From an uncultured Acidobacteriota bacterium (GTDB lineage Bacteria; Acidobacteriota; Thermoanaerobaculia; UBA5066; Gp7-AA6), in the NCBI GenBank assembly GCA_963764715.1, contig CAVXTP010000006.1, positions 160,001 to 224,000 of the forward strand: DNA of 64,000 nt. The letters run 5' to 3'. This document shows positions 1 to 10,972 of the stretch, one piece after another. Positions within the stretch are counted from its first letter, which is position 1; the number at the start of each line of letters is the position of its first letter. A program made the position numbers and the translations under genes. The notes beneath the pieces were generated by a model. The model was given only the letters and a program-made list of their open reading frames with translations. It searched no databases and had not been told where the DNA came from.

Positions 1-324
1 CAGATCCGCCAGATCGCCGCGATCGTCGGTGAGACCGTTCCGGGCTGCACGATCGAGTTTGCCGAGGGCGCCGGTCCCGACGCCCGCTCCTACCGCGTCA
101 GCTTCGAGAAGATCGCGCGCCAGGTGCCCGCGTTCCGGCCGCGCTGGACGGTCCGCGAGGGAGCCCGCGAGCTCTACGAGGCGTACCGCAAAAGCGACCT
201 GAGGCTCGAGGATTTCGAGGGGCCGAAGTACCGCCGGATCGACAGCCTCCGGGGACTGCTCTCCTCCGGCCGGCTCGACGAGACCATGCGGTGGACCCCC
301 GCCCCGGCGTCGGCCGGCCGCTGA
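1..324 (+). CDS. 3' end of NAD-dependent epimerase/dehydratase (extended SDR), 5' truncated by window
   Basis: Frame 1 is open from base 1 (QIRQIAAIVGETVPGC...GPDARSYRVSFEKI...). The D-x-R-S-Y-R-V-S-F-x-K-I C-terminal pattern is typical of nucleotide-sugar epimerases. Stop at 324. Confidence 0.75.
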   Translation, partial: QIRQIAAIVGETVPGCTIEFAEGAGPDARSYRVSFEKIARQVPAFRPRWTVREGARELYEAYRKSDLRLEDFEGPKYRRIDSLRGLLSSGRLDETMRWTPAPASAGR

Positions 325-339
325 ACTTCGACGGTCGAC

Positions 340-364
340 AGAACCTCCACGGATCGCCGGCGTA
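340..364 (+). promoter_or_regulatory. Possible ECF-sigma promoter (AGAAC-N16-CGTA)
   Basis: AAC at 342-344, a 16-nt spacer and CGTA at 361-364 match the AAC-N16-CGT ECF (SigW-like) layout. A CCCGTT-GA-AACGGG palindrome follows at 366-379. Confidence 0.35.
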
Positions 365-410
365 TCCCGTTGAAACGGGCGTCCGCCAAGGGCGTCGGGA
401 GGAGGTCGTC

Positions 411-1364
411 ATGCTCGGTTCCACGCGTCGGCGTCTCGGGGTTCTCTGCCTCGCGGTGGCCCTCGGCCCGGCCGCGCTTGCCGCCGCGCAGGAGGTCACC
501 GGGCGCTGGCTGCTCGACTTTCGGAACGACGGATCGCTCGACCTGACGCTGAAGCGCCGCTCGAGCGGCAGCGGACGCTGGAACTGGTCGAGCTCGGACG
601 ACTACGTTCTCGGCGACTTCCGAGGCCTCTCGAGGCCCTCCGGCGAGGGCGACGTTCCGGCCCGCTTCGAGCTCGTCCGCGACGCCGGCACGGTGTCGTT
701 CGAGGGTCAGGTCGACCGGAACGGCGGCTCCGGACGCTTCACGTTCGCCGCGAGCGCCGAGTACCTCGCCGCGCTGCGGACCATGGGTTACCCGGCCCCC
801 GACGGCGACGAGCGCCTCTCCCTGGCGTTGCAGGACGTCAGCCGCGCGTTCATTCGAGAGCTGAAGGACCTCGGCTACGACCGGGTTCCTCTCGACGACC
901 TCATCGCGATGCGCATCCACGGGGCCACGCCGGCGTTCATCCGGGAGCTCAAGGCCCTGGGCTATTCCGGTCTCTCCACCGACGATCTCGTCGCCATGCG
1001 CATCCACGGCGCCTCGCCCGAGTTCATCCGCGAACTGAAGGACCTCGGCTACTCCGGCCTCTCCGCCGACGACCTCGTGGCCATGCGCATCCACGGCGCC
1101 CTGCCCGAGTTCATCCGGGAGCTGAAGGCCCTGGGCTACAGACACCTCTCGGGCGACGACCTCGTGGCCATGCGGATCCACGGCGTCAGCCCGGACTTCA
1201 TTCGCCGGCTCCGGGAGGCCGGCTTCCGAAACGTCTCGGCCGACGACCTCGTCGCGATGCGGATCCACGGCGTCTCGGTCGAATACGCGGCGAAGGCGAA
1301 GGCCCGGGACAAGAACGTGTCCGTCGACGATCTCGTCGACATGAAGATCCACGGCCGGAGCTGA
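411..1364 (+). CDS. Secreted protein with C-terminal 29-aa tandem repeats (317 aa)
   Basis: GGAGGAGG RBS before ATG 411. N-terminal signal peptide (RRRLGVLCLAVALGPAALAAAQ). Six DDL(I/V)xMxIHG motifs. Confidence 0.85.
   Translation: MLGSTRRRLGVLCLAVALGPAALAAAQEVTGRWLLDFRNDGSLDLTLKRRSSGSGRWNWSSSDDYVLGDFRGLSRPSGEGDVPARFELVRDAGTVSFEGQVDRNGGSGRFTFAASAEYLAALRTMGYPAPDGDERLSLALQDVSRAFIRELKDLGYDRVPLDDLIAMRIHGATPAFIRELKALGYSGLSTDDLVAMRIHGASPEFIRELKDLGYSGLSADDLVAMRIHGALPEFIRELKALGYRHLSGDDLVAMRIHGVSPDFIRRLREAGFRNVSADDLVAMRIHGVSVEYAAKAKARDKNVSVDDLVDMKIHGRS
894..1355 (+). repeat. Intragenic 87-bp (29-aa) tandem repeat
   Basis: GACGA(C/T)CTC..ATGCG.ATCCACGG units start at 894, 981, 1068, 1155 and 1242. 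A more divergent unit (ATGAAGATCCACGG) starts at 1326. Confidence 0.9.
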
Positions 1365-1387
1365 CGCCCGGCCGGAGGGACCCCACC

Positions 1388-1441
1388 GTCCGGAATCGGA
1401 CAGTCGGGTCCCGAAGCCGAGCATCCGCGCCCGCCCGGATG
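1388..1441 (+). promoter_or_regulatory. Putative upstream activator (bEBP enhancer) sites
   Basis: Perfect inverted repeat GTCCG-GAAT-CGGAC at 1388-1401, a weaker copy at about 1408-1423, and CATCCG-N8-CGGATG at 1422-1441. They lie 70-125 bp upstream of the predicted start site of the sigma54 promoter. Confidence 0.55.
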
Positions 1442-1458
1442 GCACCGCACGACCCTGT

Positions 1459-1471
1459 TTTCAACGACTTA
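1459..1471 (+). promoter_or_regulatory. IHF-like binding site
   Basis: TTTCAACGACTTA has one mismatch to WATCAANNNNTTR and sits between the enhancer and the -24/-12 box. Confidence 0.55.
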
Positions 1472-1485
1472 CGAACGATCGACAC

Positions 1486-1500
1486 TGGCACGCTTCTCGC
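1486..1500 (+). promoter_or_regulatory. Sigma54 (RpoN) -24/-12 promoter
   Basis: TGGCACGCTTCTCGC gives TGGCAC-N5-TCGC with exact GG-N10-GC spacing, 15 nt before the GTG start of the adaptor gene. Confidence 0.75.
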
Positions 1501-1515
1501 CCTTGCAGGCTCAAC

Positions 1516-2775
1516 GTGGACATCATTCGCGAAGACATCTCCGAAAAGAAACGCCGCAAGCGGATCGTCATGGCCGCGGCCGGCGCCGCGGCGATCCTGC
1601 TGATCACCCTCGGCCTGTCGCGCCTGAAGCCGGCCGCTCCGACGGTCGAGAAGAGCACGATCTGGATGGACACGGTCAAGCGCGGCCCGATGCTGCGCCA
1701 GGTCCGGGGCCCGGGCTCGCTCGTCGTCGAGTCGTCCGGAATCCGCGTGCTCTCGGCCCAGACCGACGGCCGCGTCGAGCGCCTCCTGCTCGAGCCCGGC
1801 GCGATCGTGCAGCCGGACACCGTGATCCTCGAGATGTCGAACCCGACGCTCCAGCGCGACGCGCTCGACGCCGAGCAGGCCCTCAAGGCGGGCCAGGCGG
1901 AGCTCGCCAACACGCGGATCAAGATCCAGCGCGACACGCTCGACCAGAAGGCGGCGGCGGCGACGGTCGAGTCGGACTTTCACCAGGCGCAGCTCCAGGC
2001 GCAGACGAACGAAGGCCTCTTCAAGGAAGGGATCGTCGCCTCCCTGACGCTCAAGCTGTCGGAGGTGCGCGCCGAGGAGCTCAAGACGCGCAACGCCCTC
2101 GAGCAGGAGCGGATGGCGATCGCCGAGGATTCGGCGAAGGCGCAGAACGAGGCGGCCGAGGCCCACTTCCAGCAGCTCAAGGTCCAGGCCGACCTGATGC
2201 GCTCGCAGATGGAAGGCCTCAAGGTCCGCGCCGGCATCCCGGGCGTCCTGCAGGAGATCCCGATCCAGGTCGGCCAGCGCGTCACGCCGGGCACCATGCT
2301 CGCCAAGGTCGTCCAGCCGACCAAGCTCAAAGCGCAGCTGAAGATCGCCGAGACGCAGGCCAAGGACGTCGCGATCGGGCAGCCCGCCTCGATCGACACG
2401 CGCAACGGCATCGTCCCGGGCAAGGTTTCGCGCGTCGACCCGTCCTCGCAGAACGGGACGGTCACCGTCGACGTCGCCCTCGAAGGCGAGCTGCCGCTCG
2501 GCGCCCGGCCGGACCTCTCGGTCGACGGGACGATCGAGCTCGACCGGCTGAAGGACGTGCTCTACGTCGGCCGGCCGGCCTTCGGCCAGGAGAAGAGCCT
2601 CGTCGGCCTCTTCCGGGTCGAGGAGGACGGCGACGAGGCGGTCCGCGTCAAGGTCAAGCTCGGCAAGAGCTCGGTCAACACGGTCGAGATCCTCGAGGGT
2701 CTCAAGCCGGGGGACAAGGTGATTCTTTCGGACATGAGCGCGTGGGACGCTCACGACCGCGTACGTTTGAAGTAG
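1516..2775 (+). CDS. Efflux membrane-fusion/periplasmic adaptor protein (HlyD/MacA/YknX-like)
   Basis: N-terminal TM anchor, lipoyl half-motifs ([11 protein letters not shown]; [20 protein letters not shown]), long coiled coil, C-terminal [14 protein letters not shown]. Confidence 0.9.
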   Translation: MDIIREDISEKKRRKRIVMAAAGAAAILLITLGLSRLKPAAPTVEKSTIWMDTVKRGPMLRQVRGPGSLVVESSGIRVLSAQTDGRVERLLLEPGAIVQPDTVILEMSNPTLQRDALDAEQALKAGQAELANTRIKIQRDTLDQKAAAATVESDFHQAQLQAQTNEGLFKEGIVASLTLKLSEVRAEELKTRNALEQERMAIAEDSAKAQNEAAEAHFQQLKVQADLMRSQMEGLKVRAGIPGVLQEIPIQVGQRVTPGTMLAKVVQPTKLKAQLKIAETQAKDVAIGQPASIDTRNGIVPGKVSRVDPSSQNGTVTVDVALEGELPLGARPDLSVDGTIELDRLKDVLYVGRPAFGQEKSLVGLFRVEEDGDEAVRVKVKLGKSSVNTVEILEGLKPGDKVILSDMSAWDAHDRVRLK

Positions 2776-2786
2776 GGGGAACAGGC

Positions 2787-3536
2787 ATGAGCTCCAACGG
2801 ACATCCGGTCATCAAGCTCGACGGCGTCACGAAGGTCTTCTTCACGGACGAAGTCGAAACGCACGCGCTCTCGGGCGTGCACCTCGAGATCGCCCACGGG
2901 GAGTACGTGTCGATCGCCGGGCCGTCGGGCTGCGGCAAGTCGACGCTGCTCTCGCTGCTCGGCCTGCTCGACTCGCCGACCGAGGGGAAGTACTCGCTGA
3001 ACGGCAAGCCGGCCGAGTCGCTGACGCTCTCCGAGCGCGCGCGGATCCGCAACCGCGAGATCGGATTCATCTTCCAGTCGTTCAACCTGATCGGCGACCT
3101 CTCGGTCTACGAGAACGTCGAGCTGCCCCTGACCTACCGGGGCATGCCCTCGCACGAGCGCAAGAAGCGCGTGCAGGAGTCCCTCGAGAAGGTCGGCATG
3201 GCGCACCGGATGAAGCACTTCCCCTCGCAGCTCTCGGGCGGCCAGCAGCAGCGCGTCGCCGTGGCCCGCGCCATCGCGGGCTCGCCCCTCATCCTCCTCG
3301 CCGACGAGCCCACGGGCAACCTCGACTCGGTCAACGGCGAGGCGGTCATGAACCTGCTCCAGGACCTCCACCGCGCCGGCGCGACGATCTGCATGGTCAC
3401 GCACGACCCGCGCTTCGCCAAGCACGCGGGCCGGACGATCCACCTGTTCGACGGCCGCGTGGTGGAAGAGGAGAAGGGCGAGGAGCGGGCGCACAGCGAG
3501 GAAGAGCTCAAGGAAAGCGGCTACCGGATGAACTGA
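2787..3536 (+). CDS. ABC transporter ATP-binding protein (MacB/LolD-type), ATPase 1
   Basis: Walker [44 protein letters not shown] 2787 follows a GGGGGA RBS. Confidence 0.95.
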   Translation: MSSNGHPVIKLDGVTKVFFTDEVETHALSGVHLEIAHGEYVSIAGPSGCGKSTLLSLLGLLDSPTEGKYSLNGKPAESLTLSERARIRNREIGFIFQSFNLIGDLSVYENVELPLTYRGMPSHERKKRVQESLEKVGMAHRMKHFPSQLSGGQQQRVAVARAIAGSPLILLADEPTGNLDSVNGEAVMNLLQDLHRAGATICMVTHDPRFAKHAGRTIHLFDGRVVEEEKGEERAHSEEELKESGYRMN

Positions 3537-5965
3537 TGCGGACCCTCACGCAGGATCTCCGCTACGCCCTGCGCGGGATCGCCCGCAACCCCGGTTTCAC
3601 GGCCGTCGCCGTCCTGACGCTCGCGCTCGGCATCGGCGCGAATGCCGCGATCTTCTCGATGCTGAACGCGATGGTGCTGCGGCCGATGCCGGGGGTCGCC
3701 GACCCGGGCCGGCTGGTCTGGATCACCCACCTCGAGGGCGGTCGCACCGCGCGCGTCTCGTACCCGGACGCGCTCGACTATCGCGACCACGCCGACGTCT
3801 TCGCCGGTCTCGCGGCCGTCGACAACGTCCCGGTGCACGTCGCCACGGCGGATGCGACCGAGCGTGTCGGGGCGCAGATCGCGGGCGGCGACTACTTCTC
3901 GGTCCTCGGCCTGGTGCCGGCCGCCGGAAGGTTCTTCACGGCCGAGGACGACCGCGCCCGCCGCGCCGCGATCGTCATCTCCGCGGGCCTCTGGCAGCGC
4001 CGGTTCGGCGGAGATCCCGCCGCCGTCGGCCGGGCGGTGACGATCAGCGGCCGCAGCTTCACCATCCTCGGCGTCGCGCCGCCGGGGTTCGCCGGGCTCG
4101 ACCTCGACTCTCCGCCCGACGTGTTTCTTCCGGTGGAGACGTGGCTCTCGGGCACCGACCGGGCGGCGAGCCTGAACTCGCGCCGGTCCGCGCGCTTCCG
4201 CGTGCTCGCCCGGCTCGCGCCGGGGGCGTCCCTCGCCGCAGCGGACGCGGCCGTCAAGGCGACGGCGGCCGCCAACTCGCGCCTGCGCCCGGCGGACCTG
4301 CGCGGCACGACGGCCTCCGTCGAAACGCCCCGGGGATGGGTCCCGCCGGGGCACATGTACGAGATCCTGCCGATGGCGGGGCTGGCGCTGGCGGCGACCG
4401 GCCTCGTGCTCGTGATCGCCGCGGCCAACGTCGCCAACCTGCTGCTCGGCCGCGCCGCGCGGAGGCGGCGGGAGATGGGGATCCGTCTCGCCATCGGCGC
4501 CTCGCGCGGGCGCATCCTGCGTCAGCTTCTGACCGAGAGCGTGCTCCTCGCCGGCCTCGGCGCGGCCGGCGGCCTGCTGCTGTCGTCGTGGCTCCTCGAC
4601 CTGCTGCTTTCCCATTTCGACGTGCCGCCGCTCCTTCGGCCGGTCCTCGACGGGGGCATGCTCGCCTACGGCGTCGTCGTCGCGGTCGCGACCGGGATCC
4701 TCTTCGGCCTCGCTCCGGCCTGGAACGCCGCCCGTCCGGATGTCCTCGCCGCCCTCAGGGGCGGTTCGAGCTCCGGCGCCGGGCGCCCGGGCCAGAGGCT
4801 GCAGGGCGCGCTCGTCGTCGTGCAGGTCGCCCTCTCGCTCGTCCTGCTCGCCGCCGGCGGCCTGCTGCTGCGGAGCCTCGCGAAGGCGGCCGCGGTCCCC
4901 GCGGGCTTCGACCGGGAGTCGGCGGGCGAGGTCGTCACGCTGTCGTTCGACCCGGTGACCCAGGGCTACCCGCCGGCGCGCGCGCAGCAGTTTCGCGAGG
5001 CGATGCTCGAGCGGGCGAAGAGCCTGCCCGGCGTGCGCGCCGCCGCTCTCACCGAGCTGCTGCCGCTCTCCAACCGCGCCATCGCCGACGACTTCGCGCC
5101 GGAGGGCGGGGCGGCCGAAGCGCGGGAGCAGATCTTCTTCACCACCGTCTCCCCCGGCTACTTCGCGACGCTCGGGATCCCGCTCGTCGCCGGACGCGAC
5201 TTCACGCCGGAAGATCGCTCGGGCGCGCCGGCCGTCGCGGTCGTCAACGAGACGCTCGCCCGGCGCTTCTGGCCCGGCGTCAGCCCGCTCGGCCGGCGCT
5301 TCGCGACCATCGACCGCCCCGGCGAGGGCTTCGAGGTCGTGGGCGTCGCCCGGGACGGCAAGTACCTGACCCTCACGGAACCGGCGCGTCCGTTCGCGTA
5401 CTTCCCCCTCGCCCAGGGGGCGCACCTGAACGAGAACACCCTGCTCGTCCGCGGCTCGGGCGGCCGGGCGCTCTCGGCCGCCGTGCGGGCCGCGGCCCGC
5501 GGCCTCGACCCGACGCTGCCGCTCTTCCAGGCGGAGACGCTCGAGGAGGCGCTGCGCCGGAGCACCGCCGGCCGGCGGCAGGGAACGCTTCTCCTCGCCA
5601 CGTTCGGCGCGCTCGCCCTGCTGCTCGCGGCCGTCGGCCTCTACGGCGTCGTGGCCTTCGCGGTCGGCGAGCGCCGGCGCGAGATCGCGGTCCGCATGGC
5701 GATCGGAGCGGCGCGCCGAGACATCGTTTCGCTCTTCGTGGGCCGGGGCGCGCGGCTCGCCGGGCTCGGTGTCGCGATCGGCCTGGCCCTGGCCGCGGCG
5801 ATCACCCGCCTCCTCTCGGGCATGCTCTTCGGCGTCACGCCTCTCGACGTCACGACGCTCGCGGCCGTGTCGGCCCTCCTCGCCGCGGTCGCGCTCGCGG
5901 CGAGCGCGCTGCCCGCGCGGCGCGCGGCGCGAATCGATCCGGCCTCGGCGCTGCGAAACGACTGA
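3536..5965 (+). CDS. Duplicated MacB/FtsX-type ABC permease (ADOP family), copy 1
   Basis: [20 protein letters not shown]-terminus, [21 protein letters not shown], second [13 protein letters not shown]-terminal [13 protein letters not shown]. Confidence 0.92.
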   Translation: MRTLTQDLRYALRGIARNPGFTAVAVLTLALGIGANAAIFSMLNAMVLRPMPGVADPGRLVWITHLEGGRTARVSYPDALDYRDHADVFAGLAAVDNVPVHVATADATERVGAQIAGGDYFSVLGLVPAAGRFFTAEDDRARRAAIVISAGLWQRRFGGDPAAVGRAVTISGRSFTILGVAPPGFAGLDLDSPPDVFLPVETWLSGTDRAASLNSRRSARFRVLARLAPGASLAAADAAVKATAAANSRLRPADLRGTTASVETPRGWVPPGHMYEILPMAGLALAATGLVLVIAAANVANLLLGRAARRRREMGIRLAIGASRGRILRQLLTESVLLAGLGAAGGLLLSSWLLDLLLSHFDVPPLLRPVLDGGMLAYGVVVAVATGILFGLAPAWNAARPDVLAALRGGSSSGAGRPGQRLQGALVVVQVALSLVLLAAGGLLLRSLAKAAAVPAGFDRESAGEVVTLSFDPVTQGYPPARAQQFREAMLERAKSLPGVRAAALTELLPLSNRAIADDFAPEGGAAEAREQIFFTTVSPGYFATLGIPLVAGRDFTPEDRSGAPAVAVVNETLARRFWPGVSPLGRRFATIDRPGEGFEVVGVARDGKYLTLTEPARPFAYFPLAQGAHLNENTLLVRGSGGRALSAAVRAAARGLDPTLPLFQAETLEEALRRSTAGRRQGTLLLATFGALALLLAAVGLYGVVAFAVGERRREIAVRMAIGAARRDIVSLFVGRGARLAGLGVAIGLALAAAITRLLSGMLFGVTPLDVTTLAAVSALLAAVALAASALPARRAARIDPASALRND

Positions 5966-5975
5966 AGGAGCACCC

Positions 5976-8462
5976 ATGACGACGCTCTTGCAGGATCTCC
6001 GTTACGCCCTTCGCTGGCTCGCCCGCAACCCCGGATTCGCGGCCGTGGCGATCCTGACGCTCGCTCTCGGCATCGGGACCGTCACGACGATCTTCTCGAT
6101 CCTCGACGCCGCGGTGCTCCGCCCGCTCCCGTACCGCGACCCGGACGCCCTCGTGAAGCTCTCGATCACGCACCAGGAAGGCAACACCCCGGCCGAGCCC
6201 TTCGCCTGGTCCTACCCCAAGTTCGAGAGCCTGCGCCGGCACGCGCGGTCCTTCGCCGCGGTCGCCGCGTTTTCCTCCGCCGACCTGAACCTCACGGGAG
6301 TCGCCGAGCCCGAGCGCCTGAGCGGGGAGATCGTCTCTGCGTCGTACTTCCCGGTCCTGGGCGTCCCGGCGGCGCTCGGCCGCACGTTCACGGCCGAGGA
6401 GGACGGGGCGCCGGGAGCGCATCCGGTCTGCCTGATCTCGCACGGCCTCTGGCAGCGCCGGTTCGGCGGTTCGGCCTCCGTCCTCGGCCGGGCGATCTCG
6501 GTCAACCGCCGGCCGCTGACGGTCGTCGGCGTGCTTCCCGAGCGCTTCGCGGGACTCGGCGGCGACGCCGAGATCTGGGTGCCGATGGCCATGGCCTCCG
6601 CGTTCATCTACCCCGAAATCCTGACCGAGGACGGCAACCACTGGCACGACGTCGTCGGGCGGCTCAAGCCCGGCGTCTCGGCCGCCGCGGCCGACGCCGA
6701 GATGCGGGTCGTCGGAAAGCAGATCGCCGACGAGCATCCGATGGAAGTCCGCGGCGCCGTCTGGGGAGCGGCGGCGGCGCCGTTGAACGACAGCCGCGTC
6801 GACCCGGCCCTGCGGCGCTCGGTGCTCGTGCTCTTCGGCGCGGTCACCTTCGTCCTGCTCATCGCGTGCGCCAACGTCGCGGCGCTCCTTCTCGCCCGGG
6901 CGTCGTCCCGCGGACGGGAGGTGGCGATCCGCCTCGCGATCGGCGCGGGCCGCCGCCGCATCGTCCGCCAGATGCTGACCGAGAGCGTCGTCCTCGGGGT
7001 CGCCGGAGGCGTCGCGGGCGTCCTGCTGTCCCTCTGGGGCGTCGAAGCCCTGTCCCGGATCGAGCGCCTTTCGGGGGTGGGCGACCGGTCGTTCCTGTTC
7101 CGCTTCACCGCCGTCGAGCTCGACGCCCGCGTCCTCGTCTTCGCGCTCGCCGTTTCGCTTCTGACGGGCCTCGTCTTCGGAATGGCTCCGGCTCTCCACG
7201 CCACCCGGGCGGACCTCGGCGCCGCGCTCAAGGAAGGCGGCGCCGGGGCCGTCGCCGGAGCGGGCCGGCGGCGTCTGTCGCTGCGCGGCATCCTCGTTCC
7301 TTTGCAGGTCGCTCTCGCGCTCGTGCTGCTCGTGGGCGCCGGCCTCCTGACGCGCACTCTCGGCCGGCTGTCCGGCTACGACGCCGGCTTCCGGCCGGAG
7401 GGCGTTCTCACGCTGCGTTTCGATCCTTCCGGCGTGCTCGACGGCGACCGTTCGCAGGCGGCCGTGTTCCGCCGCGCGATGCTCGAGCGTCTCGCCGCCC
7501 TTCCGGGAGTCACGAGCGCGGCGACCGGGCGCACCCCGCCGGTCTCCTCCCGCAACATGATCGCCGTCATCCGCCAGGTCGACGACCGCCGCTTCTCGAT
7601 CGAAGAGGGCGCGACGCAGATCGGGATCCACGACGTCAGCCCGGACTACTTCCGCACGCTGTCGATCCCGATCCGCAGCGGTCGGGCCTTCACCGGGGAG
7701 GACCGCGAGGGCTCCCGGAGGGTCGTCGTCGTCTCCGAAACGACGGCCAAGCGCCTGTGGCCCGGCCAGGACCCGATCGGACGCCGGCTCTCGGCGACGA
7801 CGTTCTACTTCGGCGACGGCCAGACCGCCGAGGTCGTGGGCGTCGCGGGCGACGTGCTCTACGGACGGCCCGGCGAACGCCAGGCGCTCGACCTCTACTA
7901 CCCCTCGTTCCAGGGCGGGCTCCCCTGGGGCACGCTTTTCGTCAAGACCTCCGGCGATCCGGCGGCCCTCGCTCCGGCCGTTCGCCGCGAGATCAAGGCG
8001 CTCGCCCCGAACCTCCCGGTGTTCGACGTCGCGACCATGGAGACCCGGGCCGCGCGGACTTTCTCGCGCGAGCGGTTCGGCGCGGGGCTGCTGGGACTTC
8101 TCGCCGGCATCGCCCTCTTCCTCGCCTCCGTCGGCATCTACGGGCTCGTGGCCGAGACCGTCTCGGCGCGAAGCCGCGAGATCGGGCTTCGCATGGCGCT
8201 CGGCGCGCGGCCGGGGGACATTCTCCGGGGCGTCCTGCAGCACGGCCTGACGCTCGCGGTCGCGGGTCTGGCCGCGGGTCTCGCCGCCGCGTTCGCCCTC
8301 TCGCGGCTGCTCTCGAGCCTCCTCTTCGGCGTCGCCGCGAGCGACCTGGCGACGTACGCCGCCGTCTCCGCGATCCTGCTCGCGGTCGCCGCCGCCGCGA
8401 GCTGGATCCCGGCGCGCCGCGCCACGCGCATCGACCCGATGCTGGCGCTGCGGAGGGAGTGA
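5976..8462 (+). CDS. ADOP-family ABC permease, copy 2
   Basis: AAGGAG RBS then [13 protein letters not shown]. Same duplicated FtsX/MacB motifs. Confidence 0.92.
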   Translation: MTTLLQDLRYALRWLARNPGFAAVAILTLALGIGTVTTIFSILDAAVLRPLPYRDPDALVKLSITHQEGNTPAEPFAWSYPKFESLRRHARSFAAVAAFSSADLNLTGVAEPERLSGEIVSASYFPVLGVPAALGRTFTAEEDGAPGAHPVCLISHGLWQRRFGGSASVLGRAISVNRRPLTVVGVLPERFAGLGGDAEIWVPMAMASAFIYPEILTEDGNHWHDVVGRLKPGVSAAAADAEMRVVGKQIADEHPMEVRGAVWGAAAAPLNDSRVDPALRRSVLVLFGAVTFVLLIACANVAALLLARASSRGREVAIRLAIGAGRRRIVRQMLTESVVLGVAGGVAGVLLSLWGVEALSRIERLSGVGDRSFLFRFTAVELDARVLVFALAVSLLTGLVFGMAPALHATRADLGAALKEGGAGAVAGAGRRRLSLRGILVPLQVALALVLLVGAGLLTRTLGRLSGYDAGFRPEGVLTLRFDPSGVLDGDRSQAAVFRRAMLERLAALPGVTSAATGRTPPVSSRNMIAVIRQVDDRRFSIEEGATQIGIHDVSPDYFRTLSIPIRSGRAFTGEDREGSRRVVVVSETTAKRLWPGQDPIGRRLSATTFYFGDGQTAEVVGVAGDVLYGRPGERQALDLYYPSFQGGLPWGTLFVKTSGDPAALAPAVRREIKALAPNLPVFDVATMETRAARTFSRERFGAGLLGLLAGIALFLASVGIYGLVAETVSARSREIGLRMALGARPGDILRGVLQHGLTLAVAGLAAGLAAAFALSRLLSSLLFGVAASDLATYAAVSAILLAVAAAASWIPARRATRIDPMLALRRE

Positions 8463-8533
8463 CGATGCTCTTCGACGTCCGTCACGCGTTCCGCGCGCTC
8501 CGGCGCTCGCCGGGAAACGAGGCCAACCGATGA
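8459..8533 (+). pseudogene. Remnant of a deleted ADOP permease (N-terminal stub)
   Basis: (V/M)[23 protein letters not shown] matches the permease N-terminal motif LxDxRxAxRxLxxSPG and then ends. It overlaps the upstream stop (GTGA) and the downstream start (ATGA). Confidence 0.75.
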
Positions 8534-10962
8534 GCACGCTGTTCCAGGACCTGCGGTTCGCGCTCCGAAGCCTCCGGAAGAGCCCGGGTTTCGCGGCGGC
8601 GGCGATTCTCATCCTCGCCCTCGGGATCGGCGCCAACACCGCGATCTTCAGTCTCCTGGACGCGGTCGTCCTGCACCCGTTGCCGGGCGTCTCCCGTCCG
8701 GAAGCGCTCGTGGATTTCTCGGGGAACACGGTTTCGTATCCCTGGTACCGGGAAGTCCGCGAGGGGACGGCGTCGAGCCTCTCGGGCCTCGCGGCGTGGC
8801 GCGTGCGCGACATGAGCCTCTCGGGCGGCGCCGCGGCCGAACGGATTGGCGGAGGCATCGTCTCCGGCAACTACTTCGACGTGCTCGGCGCGCGTCCCGC
8901 GCTCGGCCGCCTGCTCGCCCCGGCCGACGAGCAATCCGGCGAGCCGGTCGTGGTTCTCGGCCACCGGCTCTGGAAGCAGCGATTCGGCGCCGACCCCGCA
9001 GTCGTCGGAAAGTCCGTCCCGTTGAACGGCGCCCCGTTCACCGTGATCGGCGTCGCGCCGGAGGGATTCCGCGGCGCCGCCTTCGGACAGTCCCCGGACG
9101 TGTGGGTGCCGATCGGAGCGTGGCCGCGGCTGGCGACGGGCCGGTTCCGTTCCCTCGACCTCGGCGCCCGCGGATGGGGCTGGCTCTCGGTCACCGGACG
9201 TCTTCGATCCGATGTCCCCGTCGCGCAGGCGCAGGCCGCCGTTCAGGTCGCCGCCCGGCAACAATCGGCGGCGTTCCCGGACGACTCGCCCGACCAGGCG
9301 CCGGTGATGCTGCGATCGACGCTGCGGGCCGCCGCGGGATTCGGGCAATCGGGCGACCCCGTCGCGTTTCTCGCCCTGCTCGTCGGAGCCGTCGGCGTCA
9401 CGCTCGCGATCGCCTGCGCGAACCTCGCCAACCTCCTGCTCGCGCGCGCGACGGCGCGCCAGAGGGAGATCGCCGTCCGACAGGCGATCGGCGCAACGCG
9501 GTCGCGCCTCGTGCGCCACCTCCTGACGGAGAGTCTCCTTCTCGGCGTGCTCGGGGGCGCCGCGGGGCTCCTCGTCGCGAGCTGGTCGCTCGGCCTCATC
9601 GGCCGGATGCCGCTCCCGGACGACCTTTCGTTCGCCGTCTTCGGGCCGTCGCTCGACGCGCGCGCACTCGGGTTCTCGCTCCTCCTGTCGATCGCGACGG
9701 GGCTCGCCTTCGGACTGCTGCCGGCGATTCAGGCTTCGGCAGGCTCCGTCGGCTCGGCCCTCAAAGCGTCGTCGGCCGCGGGCCCGCCGCGCTCGCGCGC
9801 CCGCGACGCCCTGGTCGCGGCCCAGGTCTCGCTGTGCCTCCTGCTCCTCGTCGCCGCCGGTCTCCTCGGCCGCAGTCTCCAGAGCGCTCTGGCGACGGAC
9901 CTCGGCTTTCCGTCGCACGGGTTGATGGTCTCGACCGTCGACCTCGGCCTCCAGCGTTACGACGCTCCGAGGGCGGCCGTCTTTCTGCGCGAGCTCCGAG
10001 ACCGCGTCGCATCCTCGCCCGGCGTCCGGTCGGCGAGCTGGGCCGGCCTCGTCCCGCTCGGCGGTGGTCAGTGGGTGGAGAGTTTCTCGATCGAAGGTCG
10101 GCCGTCGCCGGAGAGCCGCCGCGACGAGGCCGAGATCAACGTTCTCGGCGCGGGCTTCTTCCGCACCATGGAAATCCCGGTTCTCGAGGGTCGCGAATTC
10201 GACGACCGGGTGGACCGCGAGGGTTCTCCCGCCGTCGCTCTCGTCAACGAGGCGATGGCAAGACGGTACTGGCCCGGACGGAGTCCGGTCGGGCGCCGCA
10301 TCGACATCGGCGGCGCTGCCCGGACGGTCGTCGGCACGGTCCGCGATTTCCGGACGGGATCGCTGAGGGACCGGCCGGCCCCCCAGGTCTACCTGCCCAT
10401 GGCGCAGGACCCGGGCGCCGGACTGCAGCCCCTGAACCTGCTCGTGCGCGGCCGCTCGGGAGCTTCCGGCGTCGCCGAGGCGATCCGATCCGAGATCCGG
10501 CGTCTCGACCCGAGCCTGCCCTCGCGCCTGGGAACCTTCGACGAAGAGCTCGGCGGGCAGCTCGTCCCGCAGCGGCTGGGATCGGCGCTCCTCGGCCTCT
10601 TCGGCCTGCTTTCGCTGGTGCTCGCCGCCGTCGGGATCTACGCCGTGATCTCCTTCGGGGTCGCGGCGCGGACGCGCGAGATCGGCGTCCGGATGGCGCT
10701 CGGCGCCCGGGCCGCGGACGTTCGGAGGCTCGTCGTCGCGCAGACCGCGCGCCCCGTCGCCGCGGGCGTCGCGCTGGGTGTCATCCTCGGGGCCGTCGCG
10801 GCGCGTCTGCTCGCCGGGTTCCTCTACGGCGTTTCGCCGTCGGACCCCGTCACGTTCGCCGGCGTGACCGCGCTCCTGCTCTTCTGCGCCCTCGGCGCCG
10901 CGTACCTCCCGGCGCGCCGCGCTTCGCGCATCGACCCGATGACCGCCCTGAGGACGGACTAG
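8530..10962 (+). CDS. ADOP-family ABC permease, copy 3
   Basis: [21 protein letters not shown]...[17 protein letters not shown]. Confidence 0.92.
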   Translation: MSTLFQDLRFALRSLRKSPGFAAAAILILALGIGANTAIFSLLDAVVLHPLPGVSRPEALVDFSGNTVSYPWYREVREGTASSLSGLAAWRVRDMSLSGGAAAERIGGGIVSGNYFDVLGARPALGRLLAPADEQSGEPVVVLGHRLWKQRFGADPAVVGKSVPLNGAPFTVIGVAPEGFRGAAFGQSPDVWVPIGAWPRLATGRFRSLDLGARGWGWLSVTGRLRSDVPVAQAQAAVQVAARQQSAAFPDDSPDQAPVMLRSTLRAAAGFGQSGDPVAFLALLVGAVGVTLAIACANLANLLLARATARQREIAVRQAIGATRSRLVRHLLTESLLLGVLGGAAGLLVASWSLGLIGRMPLPDDLSFAVFGPSLDARALGFSLLLSIATGLAFGLLPAIQASAGSVGSALKASSAAGPPRSRARDALVAAQVSLCLLLLVAAGLLGRSLQSALATDLGFPSHGLMVSTVDLGLQRYDAPRAAVFLRELRDRVASSPGVRSASWAGLVPLGGGQWVESFSIEGRPSPESRRDEAEINVLGAGFFRTMEIPVLEGREFDDRVDREGSPAVALVNEAMARRYWPGRSPVGRRIDIGGAARTVVGTVRDFRTGSLRDRPAPQVYLPMAQDPGAGLQPLNLLVRGRSGASGVAEAIRSEIRRLDPSLPSRLGTFDEELGGQLVPQRLGSALLGLFGLLSLVLAAVGIYAVISFGVAARTREIGVRMALGARAADVRRLVVAQTARPVAAGVALGVILGAVAARLLAGFLYGVSPSDPVTFAGVTALLLFCALGAAYLPARRASRIDPMTALRTD

Positions 10963-10972
10963 GAGGGACCGC

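Noticed and set aside
894-1355. 87-bp periodic repeat as a CRISPR array
   Set aside because: The units are in-frame codon repeats with synonymous variation, have no unique spacers, and no cas genes are present.
1503-2786. N-terminal extension making a 677-aa ATPase
   Set aside because: It overlaps the adaptor gene in another frame. The real start is ATG 2787 with an RBS. The same applies to the extended ORF-track starts at 5769, 13639, 17649, 22613, 40722 and 45773.
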